Assembly (NCBI GenBank): GCA_038227875.1 | Contig: JBBRPR010000031.1 | Location: 32,409-96,408 of the forward strand | DNA length: 64,000 nt | Direction: 5' to 3' | Source: Planctomycetota bacterium | GTDB taxonomy: Bacteria > Planctomycetota > SZUA-567 > H5-PLA8 | In this document: positions 11,823 to 22,802 of the stretch, one piece after another | How the letters are laid out: every line of letters begins with the position of its first letter | Position numbering within the stretch: position 1 is the first letter of the stretch | Made by a program: the position numbers and the translations under genes | Notes under the pieces: model-generated | What the model was told of the DNA's origin: nothing | The model's input: only the letters and a program-made list of their open reading frames with translations | The model's database searches: none

Positions 11823-12878
11823 ATGCACTCGCCGCACACTGCCGCGGCCTTGCCCGCGGCCAACAACGGGAGTCCCACCCAATCGGCTCCCTGCCCGTCC
11901 ATCGAAACGATGGAGCCCCACGACCTCACGGCGATCTTCCCGTTGATGAGCGAGGCGGATTATGCAGCGCTGGTCGCCGACATCCGCGACAAGGGGCAGC
12001 TCGAGCCGGTCTGGACGTACGCCGGCAAGGTCATCGACGGCCGCCACCGCTTGCGCGCCTGCAAAGAATTGGGCGTGACGCCCAAGACGCGCGAATGGGA
12101 CGGCAACGGCTCGCTCCTCGAGTTCGTGATCTCGCTGAACTTGCGGCGCCGCCAGCTCAAGGAAAATCAGCGCGCGATGGTCGCCGCGCGGCTGATGCCG
12201 ATGTTTACAGAGGAAGCGCTACAGCGGATGAATGTCAAAGGAGTGGTCAAAAGCCAACCCCAGGCAAATTTGCCTGAGGGTCAGGCACGCGATCAGGCGG
12301 GCAAATGCCTGAATGTCTCAGGCAGAAGTGTCACTCATGCTCGCAGACTCCTTGATCGTGGCATCCCCGCTCTAATCGCCAAAGTCGACACCGGCCAGCT
12401 CGCGGTGTCGGCGGCGGCGAAGATCGCGGCGCTTCCGGCGGAGGAGCAGAAGCGCATGCTGATGCTCAACCGCCGCGAAATCGCCGACGCGTTCCGGCTC
12501 GCCAGGCCGGCCCAGCCACCGGAACCGGCGCAGACCAGCACGCCCGCCCCGGCCCAACTGGAAAAGGCGGAGCCGCCGGCACAACCCGCGGCGGATCCAT
12601 CACCTCCGCCGCAGGAAGCGGAGCGACCGACGTACCGCTATCCGCGCGCGGTGCGCAAACGCGAGACGGAAGCCGATGAGCGTCGTGACGACGCGTTCAT
12701 CAAGGCGATCTACAACGGCATCTGGTGCGATCTTCGCAAATGCGACGAAGGTCTGCGTTTGAAGGTGTCGGTGGGCAACTGGTACAACGAGCTGGCCGAG
12801 TTGTTTCGCCACCCGCTCTTCCCCGACCTGCTCGACCGCGGCGTGCTGGTGATGCGCAGCGACGAGCAACAACTGTAG
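11823..12878 (+). CDS. ParB/Srx N-terminal domain protein with HTH (mobile-element type), Pro-rich linker and unknown C-terminus
   Basis: LVADIRDKGQLEPV, VIDGRHRLRAC, NLRRRQL; HTH-like QAGKCLNVSGRSVTHA; GGAGG RBS. Confidence 0.8.
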   Translation: MHSPHTAAALPAANNGSPTQSAPCPSIETMEPHDLTAIFPLMSEADYAALVADIRDKGQLEPVWTYAGKVIDGRHRLRACKELGVTPKTREWDGNGSLLEFVISLNLRRRQLKENQRAMVAARLMPMFTEEALQRMNVKGVVKSQPQANLPEGQARDQAGKCLNVSGRSVTHARRLLDRGIPALIAKVDTGQLAVSAAAKIAALPAEEQKRMLMLNRREIADAFRLARPAQPPEPAQTSTPAPAQLEKAEPPAQPAADPSPPPQEAERPTYRYPRAVRKRETEADERRDDAFIKAIYNGIWCDLRKCDEGLRLKVSVGNWYNELAELFRHPLFPDLLDRGVLVMRSDEQQL

Positions 12879-12883
12879 TCGTT

Positions 12884-12980
12884 GTTGAACGATGAATGAG
12901 GAGCGATGGATGATGAACGCCGAAAGCTGATCGTGGATCGCAGGCTTGAGGCTTTATCATTCATCGCTCTGAGCTCTGAG
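12884..12980. repeat. Heptamer-periodic element (GATGAAC/GATGAAT ... TCATTCATC; CTCTGAG)
   Basis: 7-nt periodic TGAACGA/TGAATGA/TGGATGA run, with a complementary TTATCATTCATCG downstream. Confidence 0.5.
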
Positions 12981-13053
12981 CAATCTACCCTCTTGAAAAG
13001 GGGGGGAGGTCCAAGGCCGCCGGACGCGCGCGAAAATCGAAGGCAGACCCGTT

Positions 13054-13506
13054 ATGCTTCGAAACATGCTGAGTGACGAGATCCACACAAAAATTACAAC
13101 GCTCTGCGCCTCGGCCGATGCGTACGTGGAAGGGAAGAAATTTGAACTCGCCATGCGGCTTTATCAGGAAGCGTGGGATTTGTTGCCGGAACCCAGGCAC
13201 GACTGGGATGCGGCGACGTGGATACTTTCGGCGCTTGGCGATTGTTGTTATCTGAGTGGGGATTACGCGCGATCAGTGGCCTTGTTCACGGAATGTTTGC
13301 GCTGCCCCAATGCGCTGGCCAATCCATTTATTCATCTCCGCCTGGGTGAATCGCACTTCGAATTGGGAAATGAAACGTCAGCCGCAGATGAATTGACGCG
13401 CGCGTACATGGGCGCAGGGAAGGAAATCTTCGCGGACGAGGCACCCAAATATTTTGAACTGCTCAAACGAGTACTGAAACTTCCTCCGGGGCAGACTGAG
13501 CTTTGA
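13054..13506 (+). CDS. Tetratricopeptide-repeat protein
   Basis: TPR-like helices YQEAWDLLPEP, ILSALGDCCY, NPFIHLRLGESHFELG; start 13054 or 13066; more AT-rich than its neighbours. Confidence 0.8.
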   Translation: MLRNMLSDEIHTKITTLCASADAYVEGKKFELAMRLYQEAWDLLPEPRHDWDAATWILSALGDCCYLSGDYARSVALFTECLRCPNALANPFIHLRLGESHFELGNETSAADELTRAYMGAGKEIFADEAPKYFELLKRVLKLPPGQTEL

Positions 13507-14076
13507 AATCGCGGGCGGCGGAGCATCTGTCCGGCTGATCTAGCCCCCTACCCCCTTTTCAAGGTGGGGGAGAATTTCTCGAAGTCGTACGTGTTTTTCG
13601 GCAGGGGTGCGTCTGTCCTGGAGCTTCTTGTTGCTCAGGCAACCCGGCCCGAGGGGCCGGCCACCCATCGCGGGTTTCGCCACGCTCGCCGCTTCCGGAT
13701 TCATCATTCATCAATCTGAACTCTAATTTTCTCCCGCCTCCGAATTTCTCCGCCCCTACCACGCTCAAACCGACCGCTCGCACCTGCGCGCCCCCAACTC
13801 TGAGCCCTGGCCCCTGACCGCTGCCCCCTCGCGCTGCGAAGCGTCAGCGTAGCAGCGCGCGCACGCATATATCGAAACTGCGCATTATTTTCCGAAAAAC
13901 GCTAAAGAAATAATCTTTCAGAACTCACCATTCGGCGGCCCTTTTTCTGCATTCCCACCTTAGGAAGGCCGATATTTCCATACTGGTCGGCAAAGAAAAC
14001 CGGATCTCAGTGCGCAGCGGCAGCGATGCGCGCGCTTCACGATCCGTAGCTTAAGGCACTGGGGAGCCCACCTGAG

Positions 14077-14850
14077 ATGACGCAACCACGCAGCTCGATC
14101 GCCGCCATTCTATTTTTGCTCTGCGCCACGGCTCTGACGGGTCTGAGCGGCACGGCCAACGGCGCTGAACTCGGCACGAAGCTCGGCACGCGCCCGTTGA
14201 CGCCGGAGAATTTTCTCGATGGCACCGTGCGCCTGCGGCTGCGCACCACCGACGGCGGATTCGTGAGGACCGGCTGGGGGGCGGCCTTCGCGGTGGACCT
14301 TTCGCGCTACGGTTTGATGAGCTCCCGCTACCTGCTCACGGCGGCGCATTTGATCAACACGGAAAACGGGCAGATCATGCCCCGCGGCGATCTGGACGTC
14401 GAAGTGGAAAACAACACCTGGGCCACCTGCAAAGTGGTGGCGATGGACAAGAACCGCGATCTGTGCCTGCTGGAATGCAGCGTGCGCATGCCGGTGCTCT
14501 CGAAGCTCTCGACGGGCGGCGATGTTAAGACCGTCGGCGACAAAATCGTGGTCGTGGGCTGTCCGCGCGGTGTGCCGCCGTGCGAAAGCCGCGGGATGAT
14601 GACGGATTTCCAACCCAATGTTAACGGCGTGCGCTGGCAGGCTGCGGCGCAGTTCAATCACGGCAACTCCGGCGGCCCGGTTTACAGCGAACGGACCGGC
14701 GCGGTGATCGGCGTGGCAGTGGCCGGCGTTTCCGATGGCATGGGCGACATGCGCCCCGACATCGCGCTCTTCGCACCGTACACGGAGATCCGCAATTTTC
14801 TGAACCTGACCATGGCCGCGCGCTCCGTCGCGCAAGCCAGACGTCGCTGA
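14077..14850 (+). CDS. Secreted trypsin-like (S1) serine protease
   Basis: Signal peptide; catalytic triad LLTAAH, RDLCLL, HGNSGGP. Confidence 0.88.
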   Translation: MTQPRSSIAAILFLLCATALTGLSGTANGAELGTKLGTRPLTPENFLDGTVRLRLRTTDGGFVRTGWGAAFAVDLSRYGLMSSRYLLTAAHLINTENGQIMPRGDLDVEVENNTWATCKVVAMDKNRDLCLLECSVRMPVLSKLSTGGDVKTVGDKIVVVGCPRGVPPCESRGMMTDFQPNVNGVRWQAAAQFNHGNSGGPVYSERTGAVIGVAVAGVSDGMGDMRPDIALFAPYTEIRNFLNLTMAARSVAQARRR

Positions 14851-14871
14851 GCGATCTCGGAATGTCGAATG

Positions 14872-14905
14872 AAAAACGCGCCGCTACATGCGGCGCGTTT
14901 TTTTT
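14872..14905. terminator. Bidirectional intrinsic terminator
   Basis: AAAAACGCGCCGC-TACAT-GCGGCGCGTTTTTTTT between the convergent protease and clpB genes. Confidence 0.85.
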
Positions 14906-14925
14906 AATTTGCGTGAGTTCCACGA

Positions 14926-15116
14926 GCTTTTTGTAGTCCGGGCGTCTCGCCCGGTCTGACCTTGGCACAGACAGTTAGATGAATTCGTTCGTTAAACGTG
15001 CTGTATTGCGAAGCAAAGGCTGTTTGCTTCGCGATAAAGCAAGCGCTGCTTGGGAAGTTTGCTTCAGTTGAATTGGACGAGGTTAGACCGGGCGAGACGC
15101 CCGGACTACAAAAAGC
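14926..15116. repeat. REPIN/MITE-like element: inverted pair of GTAG-type REPs
   Basis: Perfect 32-bp inverted repeat GCTTTTTGTAGTCCGGGCGTCTCGCCCGGTCT (14926-14957 / 15085-15116); each copy is GTAG followed by an internal palindrome. Confidence 0.8.
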
Positions 15117-15170
15117 ACTCGCTTCGCCCTTCGACATTCCTTGTTCGCGCCATTCGCCATTCGACATTCC

Positions 15171-17777
<2,607 letters not shown>

Positions 17778-18079
17778 ACGGTACCCTCCTTGACCGGCCA
17801 TGCGCGGGGAACGGAGTCATTGGGCATTGGGTCATCGGTCATTTTTCATTTTTAACTGCTCGCAAGCGGTTCAATAACAACCCACGTACCAACGGATGGG
17901 TTTCAGGGTAGTTTTATAAATGTTGAATGGGATTGGTGTTGCGACGTGACGTTGGAGGGCGCGAGGAGGGGGGCGTGTCATTCTGACGTGGCAATGTTCT
18001 CAGACTTGAGAACGAGCAGGCACGGTGGCGCGTTGGCCACCGTACCTTCTATAGAAGCGGGCTATCTGTGCGTGGAGCT

Positions 18080-18748
18080 TTATTCGTCGGCGGGGCCGGA
18101 GGGGCGCTTGGTGGCGATGGGCGTCGCCTTCTTGTCGTCCTTGGGCTTGTCCTCACCGGGCTGCGCGATGCCTTTGATCTTCAAGTCGTCGCCCTTGGCG
18201 GCGACCTTGTCCTTGTCTTTATCCTTCTCTTTGGGCGCGTCCTTTTCCTTCTCGACCTTGTGCGACTTGTCGTATTCTTCGATCTGCTTGGCGGCCGCCA
18301 TGAAGCGTTCGGGCGTCATCAGGTCGGCGGCGGTCTGGCGATCGAACCAGACGAGCATCAGGTTGTCGGAGGACATCAGGAGCACCGAGGCGCCATTCTT
18401 GGAATGTTCGCGGAGTTCCTTGGGCCAGCCGCGGGCTTCGAGTCCATCGTAACGGACTTTGAAGCGCGAGAATTTTTTCAGTGCGGCCTGTACGTCCTCG
18501 TTGCCGAGCCAGTCCTTGCCTTCCATTTTTTCGGCGAAGTTGTTGCGGTAGATATCCAGATCGTAGAAGTAGATGACCTTGGGCGAAGCGAGCGCTTTGA
18601 CGTCGTCGTAATTGCGGGCGGACCAGGTCTTGACCGAAGCGGCCGAGCCGCCGCGGTATTCGGTCGCGGAGACGCGGACCTGAGCGAGCAGAAGGACGGG
18701 CAGCGCGATAAGAATCAATCTACAACATGCGGATGGACGCATGGGCAT
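18080..18748 (-). CDS. Secreted hypothetical protein (possibly thioredoxin-like fold without CxxC), Lys/Asp-rich tail
   Basis: Signal peptide, GAGG RBS, typical codon usage; the fold guess is weak. Confidence 0.6.
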   Translation of the reverse strand: MPMRPSACCRLILIALPVLLLAQVRVSATEYRGGSAASVKTWSARNYDDVKALASPKVIYFYDLDIYRNNFAEKMEGKDWLGNEDVQAALKKFSRFKVRYDGLEARGWPKELREHSKNGASVLLMSSDNLMLVWFDRQTAADLMTPERFMAAAKQIEEYDKSHKVEKEKDAPKEKDKDKDKVAAKGDDLKIKGIAQPGEDKPKDDKKATPIATKRPSGPADE

Positions 18749-19024
18749 TTCCTCTTCGTAAAGGGCTCGGGACGAATTACAGTCGAAGTATTGACGAATG
18801 CAACGTTACTGCCGATGCGAAAATTATCGTGGTTTTGACTAAGTTTCACAACAAAAATACGTCATTCCGCTCTTCGCACACGTGCATAATGTGTTGTCGT
18901 TTGTAATATAGCGAATGATTATCACGGGTGGTTTTTCGAGTCGCCGACCAAATTTATTTCCGGCGCGTGCGGAGACGGGCTGAATTTCAATCAGCTCTGA
19001 CTGAGGATCGGTTATGGGCGCCTT

Positions 19025-19178
19025 GCGTGTGATGGGCGGCTTGGTTGAAGTATGCGGCCTCGCGAGGTCTGGATCAGTCCGGTGAACAGTGGTCGGGGGC
19101 GTGGGCGTGTGTGATGGACGGCAGAGTCGAAGAGTGCGCGCTGGTAAGGTCTCGATCAGTCCGGAGAAAAGTGGTCGG
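19025..19178. repeat. Degenerate tandem direct repeat, 82-bp period
   Basis: 19025-19096 and 19107-19178 align without gaps, 56/72 identical by hand count. Confidence 0.75.
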
Positions 19179-19276
19179 TTACTGATCACCGGTCATGCGT
19201 CGATCACTGCAGTGTCTTCTTGAAGAAATCGCGGTGAGGGAGTAATGTGAATTTTCACACGCAGCGAAGCACTCAC

Positions 19277-19347
19277 TTCCGGGTGGTGTAACGGTAACAC
19301 TAGGGATTTTGGTTCCCTCATTCCAGGTTCGAATCCTGGCCCGGAAA
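19277..19347 (+). tRNA. tRNA-Gln(TTG), CCA not encoded
   Basis: Acceptor TTCCGGG/CCCGGAA, D-arm GTGTAACGGTAACAC, anticodon arm AGGGA-TTTTGGT-TCCCT, T-arm CCAGG-TTCGAAT-CCTGG. Confidence 0.97.
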
Positions 19348-19505
19348 TATCAAATATTGCAGGTTGTAGTGTAAGACAATTCGCGAAGGCACAAGCGATT
19401 CTGATATTGGATAACAATCCCGATTTTGACCAATGTAACAAGGTAATGAGACAAAAACGCCGCCGCAGGTGAAGTCGTCCGTTCCACACGCAGGCAGGTG
19501 ACACG

Positions 19506-20024
19506 ATGATGCCCAAATTTTTCGGCCTGTTCGCTCTCTCCATACTGACGCTGAGCGTCGTCGTGCATCTCTCGACTTTTCTGCCGACGCCAATGTTCTT
19601 CATGGCATCCGCATGGCCGCTCCATATCGGCGCGATGCTTGCGTTTTTTCCGATGATCTTCTGGCTGCAGCGGCTGAAGAAGCAGACCAACCTGGCGCCG
19701 GACGTCACGCGGAATTTCAACCGCCTGCTCGGAACCTATCTTTCCCCGCCGCTGCGGATGCTATTTTTTGTCGTCGGCATGTATACGATAATCAACTTCT
19801 GCATCTTTGGTTACAATCTGTCGGAAGGCACTCCGACGCCCGTCGGCGACCACTACGAAATTAAATCCCACGGCCGCTTCGTCCGCACCATCACCAAAGA
19901 CGAATACGACCACCTGCAGGCCTGCCTGCTCCGCGGCTTCTCGGGCCACTGGATCTTCTTCTCGTTTGCGCCCACTGTTTTTTTTCTGGTCTGCGTTCCA
20001 AAACTGCCGGTGAAGGAAACGTGA
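19506..20024 (+). CDS. Hypothetical membrane protein (about 4 TM)
   Basis: Four hydrophobic segments; AGGTG RBS; RGFSGHW motif near the C-terminus. Confidence 0.7.
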   Translation: MMPKFFGLFALSILTLSVVVHLSTFLPTPMFFMASAWPLHIGAMLAFFPMIFWLQRLKKQTNLAPDVTRNFNRLLGTYLSPPLRMLFFVVGMYTIINFCIFGYNLSEGTPTPVGDHYEIKSHGRFVRTITKDEYDHLQACLLRGFSGHWIFFSFAPTVFFLVCVPKLPVKET

Positions 20025-20060
20025 GCTTGAGACTCCGTAGGAACTCCGGCTAACTCGATT

Positions 20061-20702
20061 TCAGATTCGTATCTGGCCGGCCCCTCTCGCGCGCCGCTGC
20101 ACCCAGATGACGGGCACGAAGATCAGCGCGGCGCTGAGGTATTCGCTGGCGGCAATCAATTGGGGGCGGTTGACGGCGCCGAGGATTGTGCTGCCGCTGC
20201 CGAAGGCCATGATCACGCAACCGATCCCAATCAGGATTGAAATGGGGCTCAGCAGCGACGCCCACGCCAGCAGCACCAGCGCGGCGCGGACGAGGGCGTG
20301 TTGAATTTTCAGCGCGTGAATCCATTCCAGTGCCAGGAGCGTGCCGGGAAAGGTAACGAGTAAGCCCGCGGCCAGATAGAAGGCCAGGGTTGCCACGTCC
20401 ATGGCGGTCAGCGCGTTGGCGCGGATGCCAAATCCGCGGATGCCGTAGATCATCGCCAGCGAGCCACCGAAAACCGAGAGCAGCAATTCGAGCAGCGGCC
20501 ATTGCATCCGCGTCAGCAGTTCATAAAAAATTCCGACGATTAATAACGCGAAGCTGCCCAGACCGAGAACGACCGCACAACCACACAGCACATTGCTGCG
20601 ATAAAGGTCCCCTGCGATTCCCACCGGAAACGCGGAGAGGATGCTGCCAAAAAGAAGAGCGGCATGCCGGACAAGGAAATTGGGGCGACGCTGCAGTTCC
20701 AT
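20061..20702 (-). CDS. Hypothetical polytopic membrane protein
   Basis: About 6-7 hydrophobic segments; start 20702 or 20738. Confidence 0.6.
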   Translation of the reverse strand: MELQRRPNFLVRHAALLFGSILSAFPVGIAGDLYRSNVLCGCAVVLGLGSFALLIVGIFYELLTRMQWPLLELLLSVFGGSLAMIYGIRGFGIRANALTAMDVATLAFYLAAGLLVTFPGTLLALEWIHALKIQHALVRAALVLLAWASLLSPISILIGIGCVIMAFGSGSTILGAVNRPQLIAASEYLSAALIFVPVIWVQRRARGAGQIRI

Positions 20703-20809
20703 GCAGAAATTGAACCCATCCCGCTGCAAAATAGCCACAAAAATCCCGCTCGACTTGCTAGACTTTCTTTCATCCCAGGTCCGTCAATTTTCACCCGAGG
20801 TTTTACGCG

Positions 20810-22660
20810 ATGACTGAACGCGAAATCTGGCTGCCTTCGATTTTTGGCGACAACATGATGCTCCAGGCCGACGTGCCGACGGTGATCTGGGGGCACGCAG
20901 AGCCGCGGGAGCGGATCGTGATTGAGATCGCCGGGGCGCGGGTGAAGACCACGGCGGACGCGAAGGGCGATTTTCGGGCCCGACTGCGGCCGCTTAAGGC
21001 GGGCGGGCCGTTCGTGCTGAAAATTCGTGGCGGCACCGAGCGCACGCTTGAGAACGTGCTGGTCGGCGATCTCTGGTTGTGTTCGGGGCAGTCGAACATG
21101 GACTGGTCGGTGTCGAGTTCCCGCGATGCGGACTCGGAGATTGCCGGCGCGCGCTTTCCGAAGATCCGGTTGTTCAGCGTGGCTCAGCGCGCGTCGCTGG
21201 TGCCGTGCCTGGACGTGGAAGGAAAATGGGCGGAGTGCAGTCCGCAGACTGTCGGCGATTTTTCGGCGACGGCGTATTTCTTCGGCCGGGAAGTGCATCA
21301 AAAAAGCGGGCGGCCGCTGGGGCTGATCAATGCCTCGTGGGGCGGTACGAAGGTTGAGCCGTGGATCAGTCCGGCGAGCTTGAAAAGCTACGATGGCTAC
21401 ACGGCGCTGATCAAGCCGTATCGCGAGTACTTGCGGCCGGGCGTCGCTACGGAGGCCAGCTCGTTTCATAAGGACCGTTCGAACATTGGCGTTGGACAGG
21501 GCTGGGCCACGACGGAGTGCTCCACGGCCGGTTGGAAGACGATGCAATTGCCCTGCTACTGGACTGGCCAGGGGATCAAGCAGGTCGGCGCGTTCTGGTT
21601 TCGGAAGACTGTGAACGTTCCGGCGTCGTGGAAGGGCGAAGACCTTTATTTGAGTCTCGGGCCGATCGTGGACTTCGACACGACGTATTTCAATGGCGTC
21701 AAAGTGGGCGGCATTGGGATCGAGACGAAAGGGTTCTGGGACGTGCCGCGCAAGTATCTGGTGCCGGCGGCGCTGGTGAAGCCGGGGCGCAACTGCATCG
21801 CGGTGCGCGTCTTCGCTCATAATTTGAACGGCGGCTTCGGCGGGAAGAAAGAGACGCTGCAATTGTCGGTGATCAACAAGCCTGGCAAGGGCACGGTGGC
21901 TCTGGCCGGCACGTGGAATTATCGGATCGAACGCGCGCTGCCGCCCAAGGGGCAGCTCAGCCGCGCGGTGGTGCCGGGCACGCTTTATAATGCGATGATT
22001 CATCCGCTGGTGGACATTCCGGTCAAAAGATTTCTCTGGTACCAGGGCGAATCGAATGTTCACGATGCGCCGGCGTACCGAAAACTGTTTCCGCTGCTGA
22101 TCACGGATTGGCGGAAGCGCTGGGGCCGGGCGGGTCTTCCTTTTTATTTTGCGCAGCTCCCCGACTACGGCGGTCCGGTCGGCGACAACCTGGCGCTGTT
22201 GCGCGAAGCTCAGTTGATGACGCTAAAAGTTCCACAGACCGGAATGGCCGTGATCGTGGACGGCGGCGAGCGGGACGTGCATCCGCGGAACAAGCAACTG
22301 GTTGGGCATCGGTTGGCGCTGCAGGCGTTGGCCAAAACGTACGGCAAGAAAATCGACGCGTCGGGGCCGCTCTATAAGAGGTGCCGAATTGAGGGGCCGA
22401 TCGCGCGGATTGAGTTCGAGCATGTCGGCCGGGGCTTGAAGTTGCGCGGCGGCAAAACGCCGAGCGGATTTATGATCGCTGGAGCTGACCGGCGCTGGGT
22501 GGAGGCGGAGGCTCGCGTTCAGAAGGATACGGTGCTGGTGTGGAGCCCCGAGGTTTCGCGCCCGCGGGCGGTGCGGTATGCGTGGGGGTCGACGCCGCCG
22601 TGCACGCTTTACAATCAGGCGGGGTTGCCGGCTTCACCGTTCAGGACGGACGGTTGGTAG
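20810..22660 (+). CDS. Sialate O-acetylesterase (SASA/SGNH) with inserted sugar-binding domain
   Basis: LPSIFGDNMMLQ, CSGQSNM, WYQGESN, DVHPRNK, PASPFRTD. Confidence 0.92.
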   Translation: MTEREIWLPSIFGDNMMLQADVPTVIWGHAEPRERIVIEIAGARVKTTADAKGDFRARLRPLKAGGPFVLKIRGGTERTLENVLVGDLWLCSGQSNMDWSVSSSRDADSEIAGARFPKIRLFSVAQRASLVPCLDVEGKWAECSPQTVGDFSATAYFFGREVHQKSGRPLGLINASWGGTKVEPWISPASLKSYDGYTALIKPYREYLRPGVATEASSFHKDRSNIGVGQGWATTECSTAGWKTMQLPCYWTGQGIKQVGAFWFRKTVNVPASWKGEDLYLSLGPIVDFDTTYFNGVKVGGIGIETKGFWDVPRKYLVPAALVKPGRNCIAVRVFAHNLNGGFGGKKETLQLSVINKPGKGTVALAGTWNYRIERALPPKGQLSRAVVPGTLYNAMIHPLVDIPVKRFLWYQGESNVHDAPAYRKLFPLLITDWRKRWGRAGLPFYFAQLPDYGGPVGDNLALLREAQLMTLKVPQTGMAVIVDGGERDVHPRNKQLVGHRLALQALAKTYGKKIDASGPLYKRCRIEGPIARIEFEHVGRGLKLRGGKTPSGFMIAGADRRWVEAEARVQKDTVLVWSPEVSRPRAVRYAWGSTPPCTLYNQAGLPASPFRTDGW

Positions 22661-22802
22661 CTTAGGGGCGATTCACGCTTCGGGTATTTTCGAAATCCCC
22701 AGGTCGGAATCGTCCCTCTTTTATACGGTATTGGCCTTGGTATTTCCCCGAGCGGGAAGTGTATGTGATTCTGTGCGACTAACGACCACACAGGAGATTT
22801 CT

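Noticed and set aside
11823..13506. Prophage or plasmid remnant around the ParB-like gene
   Set aside because: No other phage, replication, parA or integrase genes are adjacent.
19025..19178. CRISPR array interpretation of the repeat near the tRNA
   Set aside because: Only two clear copies, the would-be spacers are themselves homologous, and there are no cas genes.
18839..19189. 116-aa minus-strand ORF over the tandem repeat
   Set aside because: No RBS or motifs, and the 82-bp repeat period is out of frame.
19348..19500. Integrated island at the tRNA-Gln 3' end
   Set aside because: The flank is AT-rich, but there is no integrase and I noticed no duplicate of the tRNA 3' end in the window.
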